DNA of 64,000 nucleotides from the human T2T-CHM13v2.0 reference genome, Homo sapiens. The notes under the pieces were generated by a model that saw only the letters and a program-made list of their open reading frames with translations, did no database searches and was not told the origin of the DNA. Of this stretch, positions 26,606 through 38,829 are shown in pieces. Both the position numbers and the translations under genes were made by a program. The DNA lies in the NCBI RefSeq assembly GCF_009914755.1, contig NC_060925.1; one strand, given 5' to 3'. Positions within the stretch are counted from its first letter, which is position 1. Every line of letters begins with the position of its first letter.

Positions 26606-29600
26606 TTACTGAGAATTATTCTGTCTAGCATAATATGAAGAAATCCCGTTTCCAACGAAGGCCTCAAAGAGGTCTGAATATCCACTTGCACACTTTACAA
26701 ACAGAGTGTTTCCTAACTGCTCTATGAGAAGAAAAGTTAAACTCTGTGAGTTGAACGCACACATCACAAAAGATTTTCTGAGAATCATTCTGTCTAGTCT
26801 TTATATGAAGATCGTTTCCTTTTCTACCATTGACCTCTAAGCGGCTGAAATCTCCACTTGCAAATTCCACAAAAAGAGTGTTTCAAGTCTGCTCTGTGTA
26901 AAGGATCGTTCAACTCTGTGAGTTGAATACACACAACACAAGGAAGTTACTGAGAATTCTTCTGTCTAGCAGAATATGAAGAAATCCCGTTTCCAACGAA
27001 GGCCACAAGATGTCAGAATATCCACTTACAGACTTTACAAACAGAGTGTTTCCTAACTGCTCTATGAACAGAAAGGTTAAACTCTGTGAGTTGAACGAAC
27101 ACATCACAACGCAGTTTGTGGGAATGATTCTGTCTAGTTTTGAAACGAAGATATTTCCTTTTCTGCCGTTGACCTTAAAGCGCTTGAAATCTACACTTGC
27201 AAATTGCACAAATAGAGTGTTTCAAATCTGCTCTGTCTAAGGGAACGTTCAACTCTGTGAGTTGAATGCACACAACACAAGGAAGTTACTGGGAATTCTT
27301 CTGTCTAGCCTTACATGAAAAAAACCCGTTTCCAACGAAGGCCTCTAAGTGGTCAAAATTTCCACGTGCAGACTTTACAAACAGAGTGTTTCCAAACCGC
27401 TGAATGAAAAGAAAAGTTAAACTCTGAGAGTTGAACGCACACATCACGCAGCAGTTTCTGAGAATGATTCTGTCTAGTTTTTATACGAAGATATTTCCTT
27501 TTCTGCCTTTGGCCCCAAAGCGCTTGAAATCTCCACTTGCAAATTCCACAAAAACAGTGTTTCAAATCTGCTCTCTCTAAATGAAAGTTCAACTCTGTCA
27601 GTTGAATACACACAACACAAGGAAGTTACTGAGAATTCTTCTGTCTAGCATAATATGAAGAAATCCCGTTTCCAACGAAGGCCTCAAAGGGGTCTGAATA
27701 TCCACTTGCAGACTTTATAAACAGAGTGTTTACTAACTGCTCTATGAAAAGAAAGGTTAAACTCTGTGAGTTGAACACACACATCACAAAGGAGTTTCTG
27801 AGAATCATTCTGTCTAGTTTTTCTACGAAGATATTTCCTTTTCTACTATTGACCTCAAAGCGGCTGAAATCTCCACTTGCAAATTCCACAAAAAGAGTGT
27901 TTCAAGTCTGCTCTGTGTAAAGGATCGTTCAACTCTGTGAGTTGAATACACACAACACAAGGAAGTTACTGAGAATTATTCTGTCTAGCAGAATATGAAG
28001 AAATCCCGTTTCCAACGAAGGCCTCAAAGAGGTCTGAATATCCACTTGCAGACTTTACAAACAGAGTGTTTCCTAACTGCTCTATGAAAAGAAAGGTTAA
28101 ACTCTGTGAGTTGAACGCACACATCACAAAGGAGTTTCTGAGAATCGTTCTGTCTAGTTTCTATAGGAAGATATTTCCTATTCTACCATTGACCTCAAAG
28201 CGGCTGAAATCTCCACTTGCAAATTCCACAAAAAGAATGTTTCAAGTCTGCTCTGTGTAAACGATCGTTCAACTCTGTGAGTTGAATACACACAACACAA
28301 GGAAGTTACTGAGAATTCTTCTGTCTAGCATAATATGAAGAAATCCCGTTTCCAACGAAGGCCTCAAAGAGGTCTGAATATCCACTTGCAGACTTTACAA
28401 ACAGAGTGTTTCCTAACTGCTCTATGAAAAGAAAAGTTAAACTCTGTGATTTGAACGCACACATCACAAAGGAGTTTCTGAGAATCATTCTGTCTGGTCT
28501 TTATACGAAGATATTTCCTTTTCTACCATTGACCTCAAAGCGGCTGAAATCTCCACTTTCAAATTCCACAAAAAGAGTGTTTCAAGTCTGCTCTGTGTAA
28601 AGGATCGTTCAACTCTGTGAGTAGAATACACACAACACAAGGAAGTTACTGAGAATTCTTCTGTCTAGCAGAATATGAAGAAATCCCGTTTCCAACGAAG
28701 GCCTCAAGGAGGTCTGAATATCCACTTGCAGACTTTACAAACAGAGTGTTTCCTAACTGCTCTATGAACAGAAAGGTTAAACTCTGTGAGTTGAACGCAC
28801 ACATCACAAAGGAGTTTCTGAGAATCATTCTGTCTAGTCTTTATACGAAGATATTTACTTTTCTACCATTGACCTCAAAGCGGCTGAAATCTCCACTTGC
28901 AAATTCCACAAAAAGAGTGTTTCAAGTCTGCTCTGTGTAAAGGATCATTCAACTCTGTGAGTTGAATAAACACAACACAAGGAAGTTACTGAGAATTCTT
29001 CTGTCTAGCAGAATATGAAGAAATACCGTTTCCAACGAAGGCCTCAAGGAGGTCGGAATATCCACTTGCAGACTTTACAAACAGAGTGTTTCCTAACTGC
29101 TCTATGAAAAGAAAGGTTAAACTCTGTGAGTTGAACACACACATCACAAAGGAGTTCATGAGAATCATTCTGTCTAGTTTCTATAAGAAGATATTTCCTA
29201 TTCTACCATTGACCTCAAAGCGGCTGAAATCTCCACTTGCAAATTCGACAAAAAGAGTGTTTCAAGCCTGCTCTCTGTAAAGAATCCTTCAACTCTGTGA
29301 GTTGAATACACACAACACAAGGAAGTTACTGAGAATTATTCTGTCTAGCATAATATGAAGAAATCCCGTTTCCAACGAAGGCCTCAAAGAGGTCTGAATA
29401 TCCACTTGCAGACTTTACAAACAGAGTGTTTCCTAACTGCTCTATGAGAAGAAAAGTTAAACTCTGTGAGTTGAACGCACACATCACAAAAGATTTTCTG
29501 AGAATCATTCTGTCTAGTCTTTATATGAAGATAGTTTCCTTTTCTACCATTGACCTCAAAGCGGCTGAAATCTCCACTTGCAAATTCCACAAAAAGAGTG

Positions 29601-32600
29601 TTTCAAGTCTGCTCTGTGTAAAGGATCGTTCAACTCTGTGAGTTGAATACACACAACACAAGGAAGTTACTGAGAATTCTTCTGTCTAGCAGAATAGGAA
29701 GAAATCCCGTTTCCAACGAAGGCCACAAGATGTCAGAATATCCACTTGCAGACTTTACAAACAGAGTGTTTCCTAACTGCTCTATGAACAGAAAGGTTAA
29801 ACACTGTGAGTTGAACGAACACATCACAACGCAGTTTGTGGGAATGATTCTGTCTAGTTTTGAAACGAAGATATTTCCTTTTCTGCCGTTGACCTTAAAG
29901 CGCTTGAAATCTACACTTGCAAATTGCACAAATAGAGTGTTTCAAATCTGTTCTGTCTAAGGGAACGTTCAACTCTGTGAGTTGAATGCACACAACACAA
30001 GGAAGTTACTGGGAATTCTTCTGTCTAGCCTTACATGAAAAAACCCGTTTCCAACGAAGGCCTCTAAGTGGTCAAAATATCCACGTGCAGACTTTACAAA
30101 CAGAGTGTTTCCAAACCGCTGAATGAAAAGAAAAGTTGAACTCTGAGAGTTGAACGCACACATCACGCAGCAGTTTCTGAGAATGATTCTGTCTAGTTTT
30201 TATACGAAGATATTTCCTTTTCTGCCTTTGGCCCCAAAGCGCTTGAAATCTCCACTTGCAAATTCCACAAAAACAGTGTTTCAAATCTGCTCTCTCTAAA
30301 TGAAAGTTCAACTCTGTCAGTTGAATACACACAACACAAGGAAGTTACTGAGAATTCTTCTGTCTAGCATAATATGAAGAAATCCCGTTTCCAACGAAGG
30401 CCTCAAAGGGGTCTGAATATCCACTTGCAGACTTTATAAACAGAGTGTTTACTAACTGCTCTATGAAAAGAAAGGTTAAACTCTGTGAGTTGAACACACA
30501 CATCACAAAGGAGTTTCTGAGAATCATTCTGTCTAGTTTTTCTACGAAGATATTTCCTTTTCTACTATTGACCTCAAAGCGGCTGAAATCTCCACTTGCA
30601 AATTCCACAAAAAGAGTGTTTCAAGTCTGCTCTGTGTAAAGGATCGTTCAACTCTGTGAGTTGAATACACACAACACAAGGAAGTTACTGAGAATTCTTC
30701 TGTCTAGCAGAAGAGGAAGAAATCCCGTTTCCAACGAAGGCCTCAAAGAGGTCTGAATATCCACTTGCAGACTTTACAAACAGAGTGTTTCCTAACTGCT
30801 CTATGAAAAGAAAAGTTAAACTCTGTGAGTTGAACGCACACATCACAAAGGAGTTTCTGAGAATCGTTCTGTCTAGTTTCTATAGGAAGATATTTCCTAT
30901 TCTACCATTGACCTCAAAGCGGCTGAAATCTCCACTTGCAAATTCCACAAAAAGAATGTTTCAAGTCTGCTCTGTGTAAAGGATCGTTCAACTCTGTGAG
31001 TTGAATACACACAACACAAGGAAGTTACTGAGAATTATTCTGTCTAGCATAATATGAAGAAATCCCGTTTCCAACGAAGGCCCCAAAGAGGTCTGAATAT
31101 CCACTTGCAGACTTTACAGAGTGTTTCCAAACTGCTCTATGAAAAGAAAAGTTAAACTCTGTGAGTTGAACGCACACATCACAAAGGAGTTTCTGAGAAT
31201 CATTCTGTCTAGTCTTTATACGAAGATATTTCCTTTTCTACCATTGACCTCAAAGCGGCTGAAATCTCCACTTTCAAATTCCACAAAAAGAGTGTTTCAA
31301 GTCTGCTCTGTGTAAAGGATCGTTCAACTCTGTGAGTAGAATACACACAACACAAGGAAGTTACTGAGAATTCTTCTGTCTAGCAGAATATGAAGAAATC
31401 CCGTTTCCAACGAAGGCCTCAAGGAGGTCTGAATATCCACTTGCAGACTTTACAAACAGAGTGTTTCCTAACTGCTCTATGAACAGAAAGGTTAAACTCT
31501 GTGAGTTGAACGCACACATCACAAAGGACTTTCTGAGAATCATTCTGTCTAGTCTTTATACGAAGATATTTACTTTTCTACCATTGACCTCAAAGCGGCT
31601 GAAATCTCCACTTGCAAATTCCACAAAAAGAGTGTTTCAAGTCTGCTCTGTGTAAAGGATCATTCAACTCTGTGAGTTGAATAAACACAACACAAGGAAG
31701 TTACTGAGAATTCTTCTGTCTAGCAGAATATGAAGAAATACCGTTTCCAACGAAGGCCTCAAGGAGGTCGGAGTATCCACTTGCAGACTTTACAAACAGA
31801 GTGTTTCCTAACTGCTCTATGAAAAGAAAGGTTAAACTCTGTGAGTTGAACGCACACATCACAAAGGAGTTCATGAGAATCATTCTGTCTAGTTTCTATA
31901 AGAAGATATTTCCTATTCTACCATTGACCTCAAAGCGGCTGAAATCTCCACTTGCAAATTCGACAAAAAGAGTGTTTCAAGCCTGCTCTCTGTAAAGAAT
32001 CCTTCAACTCTGTGAGTTGAATACACACAACACAAGGAAGTTACTGAGAATTATTCTGTCTAGCATAATATGAAGAAATCCCGTTTCCAACGAAGGCCTC
32101 AAAGAGGTCTGAATATCCACTTGCAGACTTTACAAACAGAGTGTTTCCTAACTGCTCTATGAGAAGAAAAGTTAAACTCTGTGAGTTGAACGCACACATC
32201 ACAAAAGATTTTCTGAGAATCATTCTGTCTAGTCTTTATATGAAGATAGTTTCCTTTTCTACCATTGACCTCAAAGCGGCTGAAATCTCCACTTGCAAAT
32301 TCCACAAAAAGAGTGTTTCAAGTCTGCTCTGTGTAAAGGATCGTTCAACTCTGTGAGTTGAATACACACAACACAAGGAAGTTACTGAGAATTCTTCTGT
32401 CTAGCAGAATAGGAAGAAATCCCGTTTCCAACGAAGGCCACAAGATGTCAGAATATCCACTTACAGACTTTACAAACAGAGTGTTTCCTAACTGCTCTAT
32501 GAACAGAAAGGTTAAACTCTGTGAGTTGAACGAACACATCACAACGCAGTTTGTGGGAATGATTCTGTCTAGTTTTGAAACGAAGATATTTCCTTTTCTG

Positions 32601-35600
32601 CCGATGACCTTAAAGCGCTTGAAATCTACACTTGCAAATTGCACAAATAGAGTGTTTCAAATCTGCTCTGTCTAAGGGAACGTTCAACTCTGTGAGTTGA
32701 ATGCACACAACACAAGGAAGTTACTGGGAATTCTTCTGTCTAGCCTTAAATGAAAAAAACCCGTTTCCAACGAAGGCCTCTAAGTGGTCAAAATTTCCAC
32801 GTGCAGACTTTACAAACAGAGTGTTTCCAAACCGCTGAATGAAAAGAAAAGTTAAACTCTGAGAGTTGAACGCACACATCACGCAGCAGTTTCTGAGAAT
32901 GATTCTGTCTAGTTTTTATACGAAGATATTTCCTTTTCTGCCTTTGGCCCCAAAGCGCTTGAAATCTCCACTTGCAAATTCCACAAAAACAGTGTTTCAA
33001 ATCTGCTCTCTCTAAATGAAAGTTCAACTCTGTCAGTTGAATACACACAACACAAGGAAGTTACTGAGAATTCTTCTGTCTAGCATAATATGAAGAAATC
33101 CCGTTTCCAACGAAGGCCTCAAAGGGGTCTGAATATCCACTTGCAGACTTTATAAACAGAGTGTTTACTAACTGCTCTATGAAAAGAAAGGTTAAACTCT
33201 GTGAGTTGAACACACACATCACAAAGGAGTTTCTGAGAATCATTCTGTCTAGTTTTTCTACGAAGATATTTCCTTTTCTACTATTGACCTCAAAGCGGCT
33301 GAAATCTCCACTTGCAAATTCCACAAAAAGAGTGTTTCAAGTCTGCTCTGTGTAAAGGATCGTTCAACTCTGTGAGTTGAATACACACAACACAAGGAAG
33401 TTACTGAGAATTATTCTGTCTAGCAGAATATGAAGAAATCCCGTTTCCAACGAAGGCCTCAAAGAGGTCTGAATATCCACTTGCAGACTTTACAAACAGA
33501 GTGTTTCCTAACTGCTCTATGAAAAGAAAGGTTAAACTCTGTGAGTTGAACGCACACATCACAAAGGAGTTTCTGAGAATCGTTCTGTCTAGTTTCTATA
33601 GGAAGATATTTCCTATTCTACCATTGACCTCAAAGCGGCTGAAATCTCCACTTGCAAATTCCACAAAAAGAATGTTTCAAGTCTGCTCTGTGTAAACGAT
33701 CGTTCAACTCTGTGAGTTGAATACACACAACACAAGGAAGTTACTGAGAATTCTTCTGTCTAGCATAATATGTAGAAATCCCGTTTCCAACGAAGGCCTC
33801 AAAGAGGTCTGAATATCCACTTGCAGACTTTACAAACAGAGTGTTTCCTAACTGCTCTATGAAAAGAAAAGTTAAACTCTTTGAGTTGAACGCACACATC
33901 ACAAAGGAGTTTCTGAGAATCATTCTGTCTAGTCTTTATACGAAGATATTTCCTTTTCTACCATTGACCTCAAAGCGGCTGAAATCTCCACTTGCAAATT
34001 CCACAAAAAGAGTGTTTCAAGTCTGCTCTGTGTAAAGGATCGTTCAACTCTGTGAGTTGAATACACACAACACAAGGAAGTTACTGAGAATTCTTCTGTC
34101 TAGCAGAATATGAAGAAATCCCGTTTCCAACGAAGGCCTCAAGGAGGTCTGAATATCCACTTGCAGACTTTACAAACAGAGTGTTTCCTAACTGCTCTAT
34201 GAACAGAAAGGTTAAACTCTGTGAGTTGAACGCACACATCACAAAGGACTTTCTGAGAATCATTCTGTCTAGTCTTTATACGAAGATATTTACTTTTCTA
34301 CCATTGACCTCAAAGCGGCTGAAATCTCCACTTGCAAATTCCACAAAAAGAGTGTTTCAAGTCTGCTCTGTGTAAAGGATCATTCAACTCTGTGAGTTGA
34401 ATAAACACAACACAAGGAAGTTACTGAGAATTCTTCTGTCTAGCAGAATATGAAGAAATCCCGTTTCCAACGAAGGCCTCAAGGAGGTCTGAATATCCAC
34501 TTGCAGACTTTACAAACAGAGTGTTTCCTAACTGCTCTATGAACAGAAAGGTTAAACTCTGTGAGTTGAACGCACACATCAGAAAGGAGTTCATGAGAAT
34601 CATTTTGTCTAGGTTCTATAAGAAGATATTTCCTATTCTACCATTGACCTCAAAGCGGCTGAAATCTCCACTTGCAAATTCGACAAAAAGAGTGTTTCAA
34701 GCCTGCTCTCTGTAAGGGATCCTTCAACTCTGTGAGTTGAATACACACAACACAAGGAAGTTACTGAGAATTATTCTGTCTAGCATAATATGAAGAAATC
34801 CCGTTTCCAACGAAGGCCTCAAAGAGGTCTGAATATCCACTTGCACACTTTACAAACAGAGTGTTTCCTAACTGCTCTATGAGAAGAAAAGTTAAACTCT
34901 GTGAGTTGAACGCACACATCACAAAAGATTTTCTGAGAATCATTCTGTCTAGTCTTTATATGAAGATAGTTTCCTTTTCTACCATTGACCTCAAAGCGGC
35001 TGAAATCTCCACTTGCAAATTCCACAAAAAGAGTGTTTCAAGTCTGCTCTGTGTAAAGGATCGTTCAACTCTGTGAGTTGAATACACACAACACAAGGAA
35101 GTTACTGAGAATTCTTCTGTCTAGCAGAATAGGAAGAAATCCCGTTTCCAACGAAGGCCACAAGATGTCAGAATATCCACTTACAGACTTTACAAACAGA
35201 GTGTTTCCTAACTGCTCTATGAACAGAAAGGTTAAACTCTGTGAGTTGAACGAACACATCACAACGCAGTTTGTGGGAATGATTCTGTCTAGTTTTGAAA
35301 CGAAGATATTTCCTTTTCTGCCGTTGACCTTAAAGCGCTTGAAATCTACACTTGCAAATTGCACAAATAGAGTGTTTCAAATCTGCTCTGTCTAAGGGAA
35401 CGTTCAACTCTGTGAGTTGAATGCACACAACACAAGGAAGTTACTGGGAATTCTTCTGTCTAGCCTTATATGAAAAAAACCCGTTTCCAACGAAGGCCTC
35501 TAAGTGGTCAAAATTTCCACGTGCAGACTTTACAAACAGAGTGTTTCCAAACCGCTGAATGAAAAGAAAAGTTAAACTCTGAGAGTTGAACGCACACATC

Positions 35601-36460
35601 ACGCAGCAGTTTCTGAGAATGATTCTGTCTAGTTTTTATACGAAGATATTTCCTTTTCTGCCTTTGGCCCCAAAGCGCTTGAAATCTCCACTTGCAAATT
35701 CCACAAAAACAGTGTTTCAAATCTGCTCTCTCTAAATGAAAGTTCAACTCTGTCAGTTGAATACACACAACACAAGGAAGTTACTGAGAATTCTTCTGTC
35801 TAGCATAATATGAAGAAATCCCGTTTCCAACGAAGGCCTCAAAGGGGTCTGAATATCCACTTGCAGACTTTATAAACAGAGTGTTTACTAACTGCTCTAT
35901 GAAAAGAAAGGTTAAACTCTGTGAGTTGAACACACACATCACAAAGGAGTTTCTGAGAATCATTCTGTCTAGTTTTTCTACGAAGATATTTCCTTTTCTA
36001 CTATTGACCTCAAAGCGGCTGAAATCTCCACTTGCAAATTCCACAAAAAGAGTGTTTCAAGTCTGCTCTGTGTAAAGGATCGTTCAACTCTGTGAGTTGA
36101 ATACACACAACACAAGGAAGTTACTGAGAATTCTTCTGTCTAGCAGAATATGAAGAAATCCCGTTTCCAACGAAGGCCTCAAAGAGGTCTGAATATTCAC
36201 TTGCAGACTTTACAAACAGAGTGTTTCCTAACTGCTCTATGAAAAGAAAGGTTAAACTCTGTGAGTTGAACGCACACATCACAAAGGAGTTTCTGAGAAT
36301 CGTTCTGTCTAGTTTCTATAGGAAGATGTTTCCTATTCTACCATTGACCTCAAAGCGGCTGAAATCTCCACTTGCAAATTCCACAAAAAGAATGTTTCAA
36401 GTCTGCTCTGTGTAAACGATCGTTCAACTCTGTGAGTTGAATACACACAACACAAGGAAG
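26606..36460 (-). repeat. Second tandem run of ~3.6 16-mer HORs
   Basis: Dimer A starts at 26606, 29326, 32041 and 34761 (2720, 2715, 2720). The short unit carries a 1-bp shorter A-run and a 4-bp deletion near 31117. Confidence 0.9.
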
Positions 36461-38829
36461 TTACTGAGAATTCTTCTGTCTAGCATAATATGAAGAAATC
36501 CCGTTTCCAACGAAGGCCTCAAAGAGGTCTGAATATCCACTTGCAGACTTTACAAACAGAGTGTTTCCTAACTGCTCTATGAAAAGAAAAGTTAAACTCT
36601 GTGAGTTGAACGCACACATCACAAAAGATTTTCTGAGAATCATTCTGTCTAGTCTTTATATGAAGATAGTTTCCTTTTCTACCATTGACCTCAAAGCGGC
36701 TGAAATCTCCACTTGCAAATTCCACAAAAAGAGTGTTTCAAGTCTGCTCTGTGTAAAGGATCGTTCAACTCTGTGAGTTGAATACACACAACACAAGGAA
36801 GTTACTGAGAATTCTTCTGTCTAGCAGAATATGAAGAAATCCCGTTTCCAACGAAGGCCACAAGATGTCAGAATATCCACTTACAGACTTTACAAACAGA
36901 GTGTTTCCTAACTGCTCTATGAACAGAAAGGTTAAACTCTGTGAGTTGAACGAACACATCACAACGCAGTTTGTGGGAATGATTCTGTCTAGTTTTGAAA
37001 CGAAGATATTTCCTTTTCTGCCGTTGACCTTAAAGCGCTTGAAATCTACACTTGCAAATTGCACAAATAGAGTGTTTCAAATCTGCTCTGTCTAAGGGAA
37101 CGTTCAACTCTGTGAGTTGAATGCACACAACACAAGGAAGTTACTGGGAATTCTTCTGTCTAGCCTTACATGAAAAAAACCCGTTTCCAACGAAGGCCTC
37201 TAAGTGGTCAAAATTTCCACGTGCAGACTTTACAAACAGAGTGTTTCCAAACCGCTGAATGAAAAGAAAAGTTAAACTCTGAGAGTTGAACGCACACATC
37301 ACGCAGCAGTTTCTGAGAATGATTCTGTCTAGTTTTTATACGAAGATATTTCCTTTTCTGCCTTTGGCCCCAAAGCGCTTGAAATCTCCACTTGCAAATT
37401 CCACAAAAACAGTGTTTCAAATCTGCTCTCTCTAAATGAAAGTTCAACTCTGTCAGTTGAATACACACAACACAAGGAAGTTACTGAGAATTCTTCTGTC
37501 TAGCATAATATGAAGAAATCCCGTTTCCAACGAAGGCCTCAAAGGGGTCTGAATATCCACTTGCAGACTTTATAAACAGAGTGTTTACTAACTGCTCTAT
37601 GAAAAGAAAGGTTAAACTCTGTGAGTTGAACACACACATCACAAAGGAGTTTCTGAGAATCATTCTGTCTAGTTTTTCTACGAAGATATTTCCTTTTCTA
37701 CTATTGACCTCAAAGCGGCTGAAATCTCCACTTGCAAATTCCACAAAAAGAGTGTTTCAAGTCTGCTCTGTGTAAAGGATCGTTCAACTCTGTGAGTTGA
37801 ATACACACAACACAAGGAAGTTACTGAGAATTCTTCTGTCTAGCAGAATATAAAGAAATCCCTTTTCCAACGAAGGCCTCAAAGAGGTCTGAATATCCAC
37901 TTGCAGACTTTACAAACAGAGCGTTTCCTAGCGGCTCTATGAAAAGAAAAGTTAAACTCTGTGAGTTGAACGCACACATCACAAAGGAGTTTCTGAGAAT
38001 CTTTCTGTCTAGTTTCTATAGGAAGATATTTCCTATTCTACCATTGACCTCAAAGCGGCTGAAATCTCCAGTTGCAAATTCCACAAAAAGAATGTTTCAA
38101 GTCTGCTCTGTGTAAAGGATCGTTCAACTCTGTGAGTTGAATACACACAACACAAGGAAGTTACTGAGAATTATTCTGTCTAGCATAATATGAAGAAATC
38201 CCGTTTCCAACGAAGGCCTCAAAGAGGTCTGAATATCCACTTGCAGACTTTACAAACAGAGTGTTTCCTAACTGCTCTATGAAAAGAAAAGTTAAACTCT
38301 GTGAGTTGAACGCACACATCACAAAGGAGTTTATGAGAATCATTCTGTCTAGTCTTTATACGAAGATATTTCCTTTTCTACCATTGACCTCAAAGCGGCT
38401 GAAATCTCCACTTGCAAATTCCACAAAAAGAGTGTTTCAAGTCTGCTCTGTGTAAAGGATCGTTCAACTCTGTGAGTTGAATACACACAACACAAGGAAG
38501 TTACTGAGAATTCTTCTGTCTAGCAGAATATGAAGAAATCCCGTTTCCAACGAAGGCCTCAAGGAGGTCTGAATATCCACTTGCAGACTTTACAAACAGA
38601 GTGTTTCCTAACTGCTCTATGAACAGAAAGGTAAAACTCTGTGAGTTTAACGCACACATCACAAAGGAGTTTCTGAGAATCATTCTGTCTAGTCTTTATA
38701 CGAAGATATTTACTTTTCTACCATTGACCTCAAAGCGGCTGAAATCTCCACTTGCAAATTCCACAAAAAGAGTGTTTCAAGTCTGCTCTGTGTAAAGGAT
38801 CATTCAACTCTGTGAGTTGAATAAACACA

